Part shown: positions 37,051-46,960 of the stretch, piece by piece
Layout: the number at the start of each line of letters is the position of its first letter
Position numbering within the stretch: position 1 is the stretch's first letter
Assembly (NCBI GenBank): GCA_963767005.1
Contig: CAVYCN010000004.1
Location: 256,001 to 320,000 of the forward strand
Origin: an uncultured Actinomycetes bacterium
GTDB taxonomy: Bacteria; Actinomycetota; Thermoleophilia; UBA2241
Length of the DNA stretch: 64,000 bases
Direction: 5' to 3'
Made by a program: the position numbers and the translations under genes
The notes under the pieces: model-generated
Told to the model about the DNA's origin: nothing
The model's database searches: none
What the model saw: the letters and a program-made list of their open reading frames with translations, nothing else

Positions 37051-37078
37051 GCTCACGTTTTCCTCACCATGCGCTCAC
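37051..37078 (+). promoter_or_regulatory. PHO-box-like repeats
   Basis: GCTCAC (37051), CCTCAC (37062), GCTCAC (37073). Confidence 0.7.
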
Positions 37079-37157
37079 ATCAGCCGGGTAGAGTGCCCGC
37101 CGGGAATCCGCCGGCCGGGCCAGGCCTTGCCGCGTAACGACGTCCTGGAATGAAAGG

Positions 37158-38120
37158 GTGGCAACGTTGCTGCACACACGCTACGGGCGCAGCCTGCTCC
37201 TGGTCGTGCTCGGCCTGGCGGTGGCGGGCGGCGCGCTCTGCGTCGGCGCACCCGTGGCCCGCGCGGCCCTCGGTCCGCAGCAGATCGACGCCTTCCTGCT
37301 CGAGCAGGGATCGCCGCTTGCCGGGGAGGGAGAAGCCTTCTACCTCGCTGCCGAGCGCAACGGTGTCGACCCCGCCTTTCTCGTCGCCATATCCGGCGCC
37401 GAGTCGAGCTTCGGCCGGTTCCTCTTCTCGAGTGGCTCCCTGACGGCCACGTACAACGCCTTCAACTGGTTCTACGCACCCACGCGGGCCGGCAGCGCCT
37501 TCGCGAGCTGGAGCGAAGCGATCGACACGGTGGCGGCCGGCTTGCGCGGCCCCCTCTACTACGGCGCCGGTCGCTACAGCGTGGCGGCGATCGCTCCGGT
37601 CTACTGCCCGCAGGGCACGCAGGACTGGGTGACCAACGTCACGCTGTACATGCAGGAGCTCGGCGCCGACCCCGCGGACACCCGCTGGCCGGCGGCGACA
37701 CTCGGCGCCGGCGCGACCAGGAGCGCCGCGGTGACGCTGGCCGGGTCGGGCGGCGCGACGCTCGTCGTCGAACACCCGATCACCGTCGTGCCTCGGCGGG
37801 TCGCGGCCGGCACCCGCGTGCGCATCCGTTTCACGCTCACCGACGGTGGCCTCGCGGCCGAGACCTGGCAGGCCGTCGTCCTGCGCCTCGAAGGACCGGG
37901 CGGACAGGAGCTCGCCCTTGGTACCCGTGCGCCGCTAAGGCTCGGCGCGGGACGCTCCTTCGCCTTCGTCGCGAGCCTGTGCCTGACGGCGGCGGGCCGC
38001 TGGCGCGGCTGGATCGACGCGCAGACGCAGGCCGGCGCGCTGGTGAGCCGTGCCCGGCCCGTCCTGTGGGTCGAGGTCGCGGCCGCCTCAGGCCGCGCTG
38101 CGCGGCGCGACGACCGGTGA
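37158..38120 (+). CDS. Secreted glucosaminidase/lysozyme-like protein with C-terminal Ig-like domain
   Basis: GSPLAG, GVDPAFLVAISGAESSFG, YNAFNW, IAPVYCP. Confidence 0.7.
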   Translation: MATLLHTRYGRSLLLVVLGLAVAGGALCVGAPVARAALGPQQIDAFLLEQGSPLAGEGEAFYLAAERNGVDPAFLVAISGAESSFGRFLFSSGSLTATYNAFNWFYAPTRAGSAFASWSEAIDTVAAGLRGPLYYGAGRYSVAAIAPVYCPQGTQDWVTNVTLYMQELGADPADTRWPAATLGAGATRSAAVTLAGSGGATLVVEHPITVVPRRVAAGTRVRIRFTLTDGGLAAETWQAVVLRLEGPGGQELALGTRAPLRLGAGRSFAFVASLCLTAAGRWRGWIDAQTQAGALVSRARPVLWVEVAAASGRAARRDDR

Positions 38121-38900
38121 GCCGTCGCGCTCCTCGACGTCGCGTCGCCAGGGCAGGCGCTTGCCGACGGTCGCGCGCAGCTTGAAGCGGAGCGATTTGT
38201 CTTCGAGCGCGAGAGCCTCGCGCAGCCCGGCGAGACGCCTGACCACCGCGGCCCGCTGCGCCGCCGGGACGTCGTAGCGCGCCACTGCGGCGACCGTGTC
38301 GAGGTTGGCGCAGACGTCGACGAAGGTACCCCAGTCGCGGGCGCAGACCTGGGCGATGCGGCGCATGCAGATCGAATGCTCGTCGTCGCTCTCGCTGAGC
38401 GGCAGGTCCTTGAGCAGGCCGATCACGTCGTGGACGTCTTTGTCGGCGAGGCGTCCGATCTGCAGCTTCGAGAGCAGCACGTCGGCCGGCGAGATCGCCC
38501 ACGGGTCGATGTCGAGCCGGCCGCGCAGGTCGATGTCGTGGTCCATACGGATCACGTCGAGGAACACGTCGACGTGGTCAGCCGGGTCGAGCGTCCGCAC
38601 GAACTGGAGCTGACCGCCGGCCGTCGCCTCGGCGACGTGCCGGTTCTCGGCGTAGCCCTCACGCGCGAGGGCGCGAGGCAGCCGTGCGGCCTCCGCGGAG
38701 GAGCCGACCACGTCGATGTCCGAGAACTCGCGCGCCATGAAGGTGCGGTCGACGGCGTAGCGGTAGGCGGCGAGGCCACCGGCGAGCCGCAGACGCACCC
38801 CATCGTGGGCTGCCTCCTCGATGAGCGTGAGCGCGTGCGCGAGGCGGCGATCCGCGGCGTGCCTGCGCGCCGTCCGGTCGCTGTCGTCGCTCGAGGACAT
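38088..38900 (-). CDS. Putative nucleotidyltransferase-superfamily protein
   Basis: LRLAGGLA...SDIDVVG, VDVFLD, LLSKLQI, KDVHD; GGAGGAG RBS. Confidence 0.65.
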   Translation of the reverse strand: MSSSDDSDRTARRHAADRRLAHALTLIEEAAHDGVRLRLAGGLAAYRYAVDRTFMAREFSDIDVVGSSAEAARLPRALAREGYAENRHVAEATAGGQLQFVRTLDPADHVDVFLDVIRMDHDIDLRGRLDIDPWAISPADVLLSKLQIGRLADKDVHDVIGLLKDLPLSESDDEHSICMRRIAQVCARDWGTFVDVCANLDTVAAVARYDVPAAQRAAVVRRLAGLREALALEDKSLRFKLRATVGKRLPWRRDVEERDGSPVVAPRSAA

Positions 38901-39128
38901 GCTCCTCCCGTCGGTCGGTCGTCTCGGGGCCGTTCGTCCGGCCCCACGGTCGTCCACTCGCAGTGTCGGCGCCCCGCGTTGGCTCGACATGAAGGACGCG
39001 TGAGTTTGCGGCGACCGCGCCTGGGCGGGGCTCGCGCGCCGGCGCGCCATCGTCCGCGTTCCGCGGGAGGATGCGACGAGCGGCCGCCCGTCGGTCAGGC
39101 ACTCGCAGGCGGCCGTTCGAAACGAGTC

Positions 39129-39178
39129 GCTAACGGAGCGCTCACCGACGTCTCTCACCGCGCTCATCGAGCGCTAGC
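39129..39178 (+). promoter_or_regulatory. PHO-box-like repeats
   Basis: GCTAAC/GCTCAC/TCTCTC/GCTCAT/GCTAGC at 39129, 39140, 39151, 39162, 39173. Confidence 0.7.
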
Positions 39179-39238
39179 GACGATCCGTCAGACTGGCGTG
39201 ACCCACGGGGGACGAACGTCCGAAGGAGAGATGGCAAG

Positions 39239-40873
39239 GTGAAGGGCTCGCGCAGGCGCCGGGTCGGCGCCAAGCCGGCGCTGCCGCTGGCCGTCTTCCT
39301 CGCGGCCGTCGCGGCGGTGGCCGTGTCGCACCCCGCTTGCGCGTGGGGAAAGGCTCGCTGGCTGGCGGGCGATCTCAGCACCGGCACCTACCTCACCGAC
39401 GGCAGGACCAGTGAGCACGTCATCGTGTCGAAGGTCATGGCCGACGATGCGTCCGGCTTCGGGCTCCGCTACCTGGCGAACGCCGAACCGGGCGGCCGAT
39501 CCGAGCGGAACGCCGCGGGCGTCAGGTTCACGCTTCCCGTGTGGCGCTGGCAGACGCTGATCTTCGAGTCGTTCCCGCAGATCGTCGCGGCGCGTCAGGC
39601 GCATCCCGACGATTACTTCATCCAGGGACTGCAGTGGGACGCGCCGACGCACGATCAGGTGACCGTGGGCATCGTCGGCAGCGCCAATGAGCCGCAGGCG
39701 GTCGCGGATTTCGAGTACAGGTTCGACGCGGCCGACACGGACACGAGCCGGTCTGACGAGAGCAAGCAGAACACGACGGCGCAGGACGCCTTGAAGGCGG
39801 CCTCCTGGCTGCAGAAGAACTACGCCGCGTCCAGCTACGCGTTCGTCGATCACCCCTCGCGTGACCTGGCGTGGACCGTGGGCGACCTGCGCGCCCTGCA
39901 GGACGCCGCGCCGTCGGTGGTGTGCGGCTTCGAGGGCTTTCCCGGCGATCAGGCGGCCGGCGCGCGAGGCGGCTACGGCGGCTACTTCGACGTGAGCGGC
40001 CACGAGGTGAGCGATCCCGCCGCGGCTGACCCGGTCGAGACGGCGCGTGCTCGCACCTACGGCGGCGCCGACGCGATGGTCGCGAAGGTGGGCGGCGTGT
40101 GGGACGCGCTCCTGGGTGAGGGCCGTCGCTGGTTCGTGTACGGCGACAGCGACTTCAAATGGTGGACGACGAGCTACAAGGACCAAAGCGGCAAGGTGGT
40201 GGGCTCCTCGTACTGCGACTTCTGGCCGGGCCAGTACGGCAAGACCTGGACCTGCGTGCCGAGGAGCGGCTACGGCGGTCTCGTGGCCGCCATCAAGTCG
40301 GGCGACTCGTTCATCGTGAACGGTGACCTCATCGACGCGCTCGATTTCCACGCCGCCTGCGGCAGCACCTCGAAGACGATGGGTCAGACGCTCACGGTCG
40401 GCAAGGGTCGCAGGATCGTGGTCACCATCCGCGTCAAGAGTCCGGCGAAGAACCACGACGGCCGCAAGGTGCACCCCGACCACATCGACCTGATCGCGGG
40501 TGCTGTCACAAGCCGGATCGCACCCTCGAGCCCGGCCTACCCGACACGGGACACGAACCCTACGGCGCACGTGGTGGTGAGCTTCCCCTGGGCGAAGATG
40601 CGCGTCATCAAGGGCTGGCGCGTGGCGACGGTCGCCTTCGTGCTGAAGAAGCGCATGTACTTCCGTCTGCGGGGCACCAATCTGGCGTGCGGCACGACCA
40701 ACCAGACGGATGCATCCGGCGATCCCCTGATCGACACCCTCAGTTACCAGACGCTGCCGAACCCGGACCCCGCGCAGGTCGCGGCGCAGCCGACGGTGAC
40801 CATCAACACGCCCAAGCAGGCCTGGGCCGACCTCTGGTTCTACAGCGACCCGGTCTTCGTCAAGGTCACGTGA
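39239..40873 (+). CDS. Secreted PHP-like phosphoesterase homolog with degenerate metal ligands
   Basis: WLAGD..., DHPSR, GFEGFPG, YGGAD.MVAKVGGVWDALLGEGRRW, DFWPGQY, YFRLRGTN, DLWFYSDP. Confidence 0.7.
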   Translation: MKGSRRRRVGAKPALPLAVFLAAVAAVAVSHPACAWGKARWLAGDLSTGTYLTDGRTSEHVIVSKVMADDASGFGLRYLANAEPGGRSERNAAGVRFTLPVWRWQTLIFESFPQIVAARQAHPDDYFIQGLQWDAPTHDQVTVGIVGSANEPQAVADFEYRFDAADTDTSRSDESKQNTTAQDALKAASWLQKNYAASSYAFVDHPSRDLAWTVGDLRALQDAAPSVVCGFEGFPGDQAAGARGGYGGYFDVSGHEVSDPAAADPVETARARTYGGADAMVAKVGGVWDALLGEGRRWFVYGDSDFKWWTTSYKDQSGKVVGSSYCDFWPGQYGKTWTCVPRSGYGGLVAAIKSGDSFIVNGDLIDALDFHAACGSTSKTMGQTLTVGKGRRIVVTIRVKSPAKNHDGRKVHPDHIDLIAGAVTSRIAPSSPAYPTRDTNPTAHVVVSFPWAKMRVIKGWRVATVAFVLKKRMYFRLRGTNLACGTTNQTDASGDPLIDTLSYQTLPNPDPAQVAAQPTVTINTPKQAWADLWFYSDPVFVKVT

Positions 40874-40938
40874 TGCCGGCGTGAGGCGTGCGCCGCCGCA
40901 GGCCGCGGACGATCCGTACGACGAGTCCATCGCGTGGC

Positions 40939-40977
40939 CCTCGCGCCATGCTCACCGCGCGCTCACGGCGCGCTCAC
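40939..40977 (+). promoter_or_regulatory. PHO-box-like repeats
   Basis: CCTCGC/GCTCAC/GCTCAC/GCTCAC at 40939, 40950, 40961, 40972. Confidence 0.75.
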
Positions 40978-41005
40978 TCGAGCTGGGTATCGTGCCGTGA
41001 CGCTG

Positions 41006-42701
41006 ATGGGCGACCCGATGCGGATGAACGACGAGCGGTCCGGACGGCGGCCGTTGCGGGTGGTGAGCGGCCGGCCGCGCCGCAGCGCGCGACGCGCAGC
41101 CCAGGTCCGACGCCGCCGGTTCGTCGCGCTCACCGTCATCGTGCTCGGGGGCCGGCGTGCTGTTCGCGAGCGGCGCTCTGCGGGCCGGCGCGGCGACGCC
41201 GCCGGGCGCCGGCGCGACGCTCGCCTCGATCGCCGGCACGACGACCGGCGACGTGTTCGACCAGCCCTCGGTGACGGCCAACGACGCGACGGCGAGCGGC
41301 GGCCGCCGCTCGTCCGACCTGGCGTTCCGTGACGGTGCGGCCAGCGTCAGCTCGACCCTGGTAGGTAGCGCGCTCCACTCCGAGAGCGATGTCTCTCTCA
41401 GCGACGTCAGCCTGCTGGGCGGCGTCGTCACGGCCGATGCCGTCGAGCTCGTGGCCACGGCCGACGCGAGCGCGCACTCGGCCGACGCCGGCATCGACGG
41501 CAGCTACGTGAGCGGCCTCTCGTCGACGGTCAGCCGGTGAGCGACGAGGAGCTTTCCGGCCCCATCGCCGTGCCCGATGTCGGCACCCTGACAGTGCTCA
41601 GCGCCGCCATCGACGCGAGCGCGCCGTCGCCGAGCGCGACCATCACCGGCCTTACGCTCGTGCTCGATCAGCAGGTCGACGGCCTGCCGGCCGGCAGCGT
41701 CGTCACGGTCGGCAGCGCGGTCGCGTCGGCCGACGCCGCTACCGCCGGCGAGCTGATCAAGATCGCGGCCGAGACGACCGGCCCCACGCCCTTGCCGGCG
41801 CCGACGCCCACCCCCAGCGCGGCGTCCACGTCGAAGGCCAAGCACTCACCCAGCGGCTCGACCGGGAGCGGCGGCTCGGCGACGGGCTCCTCGGGTGGCA
41901 GCGGCGGATCGGTCACCTCGATGCCGGCGCCGTCGGCGCCCAGCAAGGCGGTGCTCGACCGGTTCCCCGGGGCGGTGTTCCCGGTGCGCGGGCACGGTCG
42001 AGTTCACCGACACGTTCGGCGCCTACCGCGCAGACATAAAGGGGCACCGCCACGAGGGCAACGATCTCTTCGCGAAGATGGGCACGCCGATCGTCGCGGT
42101 GCTGGCCGGCACCATCGAGTACAGCACCTACGGGATCGGCGGCAACAACGCCCGCCTGACCGACGCGGCCGGCGACTACTTCTACTACGCACACATGGAG
42201 CGCTTCGCGGCAGGCCTGAAGACGGGGGACCATGTGGCCAAGGGACAGGTGATCGGCTACGTGGGTGAGACCGGCGACGCCGCCGGCACGTCGCCCCATT
42301 GCCACTTCGAGATCCACCCCGGCGGCGGCGCGGCGATCGACCCCTACCCCTACCTGCAGGCCTGGCGCGCCGCCGGCGCCGGGATCGGTCCCATCGACGC
42401 GACGACGCCGGTGGCCACCATCGTGGCGGCCGGCGTCGGCATCCCGCTCGCCGAGATCCTCGCCCGCCGGGGCGTGCTCGCCGTCGAGGCGAGCACGGCG
42501 CTCGCCGGCGGGCGCCGCGTCGTGCCGCGCGACGAGCCGGCCGGGGGCGTGCTCGAGCTGGTCCTGGCCGTGTCGTCGCTGGGCGGTGTCGCCGCGCTGC
42601 GGCGCCTGCGCGCGCCGGCGCTCCCCGAGCTGCTCGCCGAGCACGAGACCGTCGTGCGGCGCACCGTCGTGATCGCCGAACGCTCGCTCACGAAGTCTTA
42701 A
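41006..42701 (+). pseudogene. Membrane-anchored M23 peptidase broken by three single-base frameshifts (or assembly errors)
   Basis: HEGNDLF, YYAHM, IGYVGETG, HCHFEIHP; frame changes at ~41150, ~41520 and ~41991. Confidence 0.75.
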
Positions 42702-42718
42702 CGTTTCGTCGCTATACT
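42686..42718 (+). promoter_or_regulatory. PHO box plus -10 upstream of phoB
   Basis: GCTCAC (42686), CTTAAC (42697), TATACT (42713). Confidence 0.65.
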
Positions 42719-42760
42719 GCGGCTGCATCGCGTCAGGGGACGCAAGGAACGAGGGGTGCG

Positions 42761-43465
42761 ATGGCCAAGGAATCGATCCTCGTCGTCGACGACGAGCGTG
42801 AGATCCTCGAGCTGGTCAAGTACAACCTGACCAAGGAAGGCTACAACGTGGTGTGCGTCGAGACGGGCGAGGACGCCCTGAGCGCCGCGCGCCTCAAGCT
42901 GCCCGACCTGGTCCTGCTCGACCTCATGCTGCCCGGCGTCGACGGCCTCGAGGTGTGCCGCAAGCTCAAGGCCGACCCCAAGACGCAGGAGATCCCGGTC
43001 GTCATGCTGACCGCGAAGGGCGGCGAGGCCGACATCGTGGCCGGCCTCGAGCTGGGCGCCGACGACTACGTCACCAAACCCTTCAGCCCGCGTGTGCTCA
43101 CGGCGCGCATCAAGGCCGTGCTGCGGCGCGACCAGACCGAGGACGGCGACGGCCAGTCGACCGTCAAGATCAAGGACCTCGTCATCCACCCCGGTCGACA
43201 CCAGGTGCTCGTCGCCGAGCGGCCCGTCGACCTCACCGCGTCGGAGTTTCGCATCCTGCTGTTCATGGCGCGCAAGCCGGGCTGGGTGTTCACGCGTCAG
43301 CAGATCGTCGACGCCGCACAGGGCGATGACGTCTACGTCAACGAGCGCTTCGTTACCGACCGCTCGGTCGACGTGCACATCGTCTCGCTGCGCCGCAAGC
43401 TCGGACCGTGCGGCGGCTACATCGACACGGTCAGGGGTGTAGGCTACCGGCTCAAGGACGAGTGA
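42761..43465 (+). CDS. phoB: PhoB/PhoP OmpR-family response regulator
   Basis: VVDDE, LDLMLPG, GADDYVTKPFS, RSVDVHI, TVRGVGY; pst context. Confidence 0.88.
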   Translation: MAKESILVVDDEREILELVKYNLTKEGYNVVCVETGEDALSAARLKLPDLVLLDLMLPGVDGLEVCRKLKADPKTQEIPVVMLTAKGGEADIVAGLELGADDYVTKPFSPRVLTARIKAVLRRDQTEDGDGQSTVKIKDLVIHPGRHQVLVAERPVDLTASEFRILLFMARKPGWVFTRQQIVDAAQGDDVYVNERFVTDRSVDVHIVSLRRKLGPCGGYIDTVRGVGYRLKDE

Positions 43466-43503
43466 GCGGCAAGGCCGCCTGACAGGCGGCGACGATCGCA
43501 CCC

Positions 43504-45312
43504 ATGCGCCACACTCCGCTGTTCTGGAAGCTGTATCTGACCTACCTCGTCGCCGTCGCGCTGTGCGCCGGCGTCGTAGGCTGGTTCGCGGTCGGCACCG
43601 CCTCCGATCTCTACCACCAGCAGGCGGTGAGCGACCTCCACTCGCGCGCCGAGCTCGCCGCGGGCCAGCTCTCGCCGCTGCTCGAGCACCCGCTGCAGCT
43701 GCAGACGCTGGTCCGGCAGCTCGGCTCGAGCGCCGACACGCGCCTCACCGTGATCGCCGGCCCGGCGAGCACCGTGGGCGTCGAAGGCAAGGTGCTCGGC
43801 GACTCCGAGCACGACCCCGCCACCATGGCCAATCACGACACATCCGACCGGACCGAGGTGCTCGCGGCGCTGGACGGCACCGTGGGCGAGAGCGTGCGGC
43901 GCAGCGACACGCTCGGCATCCGCATGTTCTACGTGGCCGTGCCCGTCTTCGACGCCGGCCACCACGTCGAAGCGGTCGTGCGCACGGCGCTGCCGGTGTC
44001 GCAGGTCAACAGCAAGCTCAGCGTGATGCGCGGTCGCATCATCCTCGGCGCGCTGATCGTCGCCCTCGCCATGGCGCTGCTCGGCTACCTCGTGTCGCGT
44101 GGCATCTCCGGTCGCATGCGGGCGATCAAGCGCGGTGCCGAACGCTTCGCCGCCGGCGACTTCGGTCACGAGATCCACGTCACCGATCTCGACGAGATCG
44201 GTGAGGTGGCGACGGGCCTGAACGCCATGGGGCGGCAACTGTCCGAGACGATCCGCGCGATCACCGAGGAGCGCAACGAGCGTGAGGCGGTGCTCAGCGC
44301 CATGACCGAGGGTGTGCTCGCGGTCGACGGACAGGAGCGCGTGATCACGATCAACGCTGCCGGCGCCGGCCTCCTGGGCGTGACGCCTGAACAGGCCCAT
44401 GGCCGCAGCATCCCGGAGGTCGTGCGCAACCCCGAGCTCCAGGCCTTCGTGGCCGCCGTGCTGGCCGGGACGGAGCCCATGGAGGACCACATCGTGCTGC
44501 ACGGCGACGAGGAGCCGCGCGAGCTGCGCGTGCACGGCGACCAGCTGCGGGACAGCGACGGCGAGACCGACGGCGAGGGTCGCGGCGCCGTCATCGTGCT
44601 GAGCGACATCACCCGCATGCGGCGCTACGAGGCGGTGCGCCGCGACTTCGTGGCCAACGTCTCGCACGAGATCAAGACGCCGGTCACCACCATCAAGGGC
44701 TTCGCCGAGACCCTGCTCGACGGCGCGCTCGACGATCGTGCCGACGCCGAGCGGTTCCTGCGCATCATCGTCGGGCAGGCCGACCGCCTGAGCGCCATCA
44801 TCGAGGACCTCCTCAGCCTTTCGAGCCTCGAGGGCGGTCCCGACGACGTCGCGATCACGCTCGAGCGGGGCAGTATCCGCGACGTGCTGCAGGTCGCCCT
44901 CGACGTCTGCGAGATGAAGGCGACGGCACGCGACATCCGGCTCGAGCTCGACTGCCCCGACGATCTGTTCGCCGACATCAACGCGCCGCTGCTCGAGCAG
45001 GCCGTGGTCAATCTCGTCGACAACGCGGTGAAGTACAGCCCCGAGGGCTCGACCGTGGCCGTCTCGGCGGGGATCGAGGCGGCCGGCCTGTCGATCAAGG
45101 TCGAGGATACCGGGCGGGGCATCGGTCGCGACCACCTCTCCCGCCTGTTCGAGCGGTTCTACCGGGTCGACAAGGCGCGCAGCCGCGACATGGGCGGCAC
45201 AGGCCTCGGCCTCGCGATCGTCAAGCACATCGCCGCGGCCCACAGCGGCTGGGTGGCCGTCGAGAGCACACCCGGCGCGGGCAGCACGTTCACCATCACG
45301 CTGCCCGTCTGA
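43504..45312 (+). CDS. phoR: PhoR sensor histidine kinase (HAMP-PAS-HisKA)
   Basis: FVANVSHEIKTP, NLVDNAVKY, FERFYRVDKARSR, GGTGLGL. Confidence 0.9.
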   Translation: MRHTPLFWKLYLTYLVAVALCAGVVGWFAVGTASDLYHQQAVSDLHSRAELAAGQLSPLLEHPLQLQTLVRQLGSSADTRLTVIAGPASTVGVEGKVLGDSEHDPATMANHDTSDRTEVLAALDGTVGESVRRSDTLGIRMFYVAVPVFDAGHHVEAVVRTALPVSQVNSKLSVMRGRIILGALIVALAMALLGYLVSRGISGRMRAIKRGAERFAAGDFGHEIHVTDLDEIGEVATGLNAMGRQLSETIRAITEERNEREAVLSAMTEGVLAVDGQERVITINAAGAGLLGVTPEQAHGRSIPEVVRNPELQAFVAAVLAGTEPMEDHIVLHGDEEPRELRVHGDQLRDSDGETDGEGRGAVIVLSDITRMRRYEAVRRDFVANVSHEIKTPVTTIKGFAETLLDGALDDRADAERFLRIIVGQADRLSAIIEDLLSLSSLEGGPDDVAITLERGSIRDVLQVALDVCEMKATARDIRLELDCPDDLFADINAPLLEQAVVNLVDNAVKYSPEGSTVAVSAGIEAAGLSIKVEDTGRGIGRDHLSRLFERFYRVDKARSRDMGGTGLGLAIVKHIAAAHSGWVAVESTPGAGSTFTITLPV

Positions 45313-45582
45313 GGCGAGCGCCCGGCGGGTGCGCGCGGGGCCGCTCGCGAGGCGTCGACACCCGGCCGTGCGCGGGGATGGTGCGGCTGGCAGGAGGGCT
45401 CCGCTACCAAGGACAGACCGGGCGGCCGCTTTCGCGGCCGCCCGGCAGGGGCTGTCTAGATCCGGCGCTCGTCCGGGCTTTCGTCGGAGCCCGGGGGCAC
45501 CGACTGTTAGTCGGGCATGGGGTCCGCCAGGGAAGGGGAGCCCGCCTCGGACGTTCGCGGCTAGCCCCCTACTTGATGCCCG

Positions 45583-46650
45583 TCACCAGCAGGGCTTGCT
45601 GCCGGCCTTGATGCTGGAGTGCCAGACCTTCTCGATCGCCGTGATCGCCTTGCTCGGCAGCGGCACGAAGGTGAGCTTCTTGGTGTCGCTGACGCCCGTG
45701 CTGCTCTTGAGCGCCCAGTTGAAGAAGGTGAGCATGGCGTGCGCGTTCGCGTAGCTCGACTGGCTGCGGCGCACGAGGATGTACGTCTCGCCCGTGATCG
45801 GCCAGGCCGTCGTGCCCTTCATGTTCTCGAGGTTGGTGGCGAAGCCGTTCGTCCACGTGTACGAGGCGTGAGAACCGGCGGCGGCGAAGCTCTTCTCCGA
45901 CGGCTGGACCCAAGCACTCGAGGCGTTCTTCATCTGCGCGTAGGCGATGTGGTAGTTGACGGCCCAGCTGTACTCGTCGTAGCCGATCGAGTACGGCCTG
46001 GTCTTGACCGCGTTGGCCACGCCCGACGACTTGGCATAGCCAAGGCCGGTGGGCCAGCTGATCAGCATGCCCTGCTTGGTCCAGCCCGAGTAGGCCTTCT
46101 TGAGGTACATGGTGAAGATGTAGGTCGTGCCCGACTTGTCGGAGCGGTGAATGACCGTGATGGGCTTGGCCGGGAGGGTCAGGCCCGGGTTGATCGCCTT
46201 GATGCGACTGTCGTTCCACTTGGTGATCTTGCCCAGGTAGATCTGCGCCAGGACGGCGCCGGTGAGCTTCAGCTTGCCGGTCTTGGCGCCCATGTTGACG
46301 ATGGGCACGATCCCCTCGATGCACGAGGGAAACTGGACCAGCTGAGGCGACCCGTTCAGCGTTGGCGGGGTCCCGCCGGAGCGCGCCAGGGGCTGGTCGC
46401 TCGCGCCGAAGTTCACGGTGCCGGCCTCGATGGCGTTGATGCCCGCGCCCGAGCCGACTCCCTCGTAGATGACCTTGGCCGTCTTGGTGTAGTTGGAGGC
46501 CCACTGCTGGTAGAGGATCTGGGGCGCAGTCGCGCCGGCGCCGGTGATCGTCGGCACGGCGAAGGCCGCCGATGCGAAGACCAGCATGGCAAGCCCGACA
46601 CCGAGAGCGATGCCGCCTCGCACAGGCCATGATCTTGCCGATAGTCTCAT
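45583..46650 (-). CDS. pstS: Phosphate-binding protein PstS (secreted, basic paralog)
   Basis: GAGAT, YEGVGSGAG, FGASD, HRSDKSGTT, WPITG. Confidence 0.9.
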   Translation of the reverse strand: MRLSARSWPVRGGIALGVGLAMLVFASAAFAVPTITGAGATAPQILYQQWASNYTKTAKVIYEGVGSGAGINAIEAGTVNFGASDQPLARSGGTPPTLNGSPQLVQFPSCIEGIVPIVNMGAKTGKLKLTGAVLAQIYLGKITKWNDSRIKAINPGLTLPAKPITVIHRSDKSGTTYIFTMYLKKAYSGWTKQGMLISWPTGLGYAKSSGVANAVKTRPYSIGYDEYSWAVNYHIAYAQMKNASSAWVQPSEKSFAAAGSHASYTWTNGFATNLENMKGTTAWPITGETYILVRRSQSSYANAHAMLTFFNWALKSSTGVSDTKKLTFVPLPSKAITAIEKVWHSSIKAGSKPCW

Positions 46651-46726
46651 CCTTCTCTCTCCTTTGCTCTGGTCCCGCGCCCTTGTGCGCGGCTCCGACT
46701 AACGCAGCCGACTGTAGAGAGCCGAC

Positions 46727-46754
46727 GTGAGCCGGCAGTGAGGGGCCGGTGAGC
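46727..46754 (-). promoter_or_regulatory. PHO-box-like repeats
   Basis: Plus-strand GTGAG at 46727, 46738, 46749 (GCTCAC/CCTCAC/GCTCAC on the minus strand). Confidence 0.75.
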
Positions 46755-46876
46755 GATGCGATAGATGTCCGTTGCGGCGTCGTGGCGGCTCGATGTGCGG
46801 GACGTTAAGTCCCTGCGTGGTGGGGGCGAGGATGGGACCGCGCGTGGCATGGCAGGCGGCGGGAGCCGCGCCTCAA

Positions 46877-46922
46877 GCAAAGAGACGGCGGGCCCGCGTA
46901 CGCGGGCCCGCCGTCTCTTTGC
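46877..46922. terminator. Perfect 46-bp palindrome, likely intrinsic terminator of the IPT/TIG gene
   Basis: gcaaagagacggcgggcccgcgt|acgcgggcccgccgtctctttgc. Confidence 0.75.
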
Positions 46923-46960
46923 GATCCCGCGTCCGGCCTGCCGGACGCGGGAGTCTCGCC

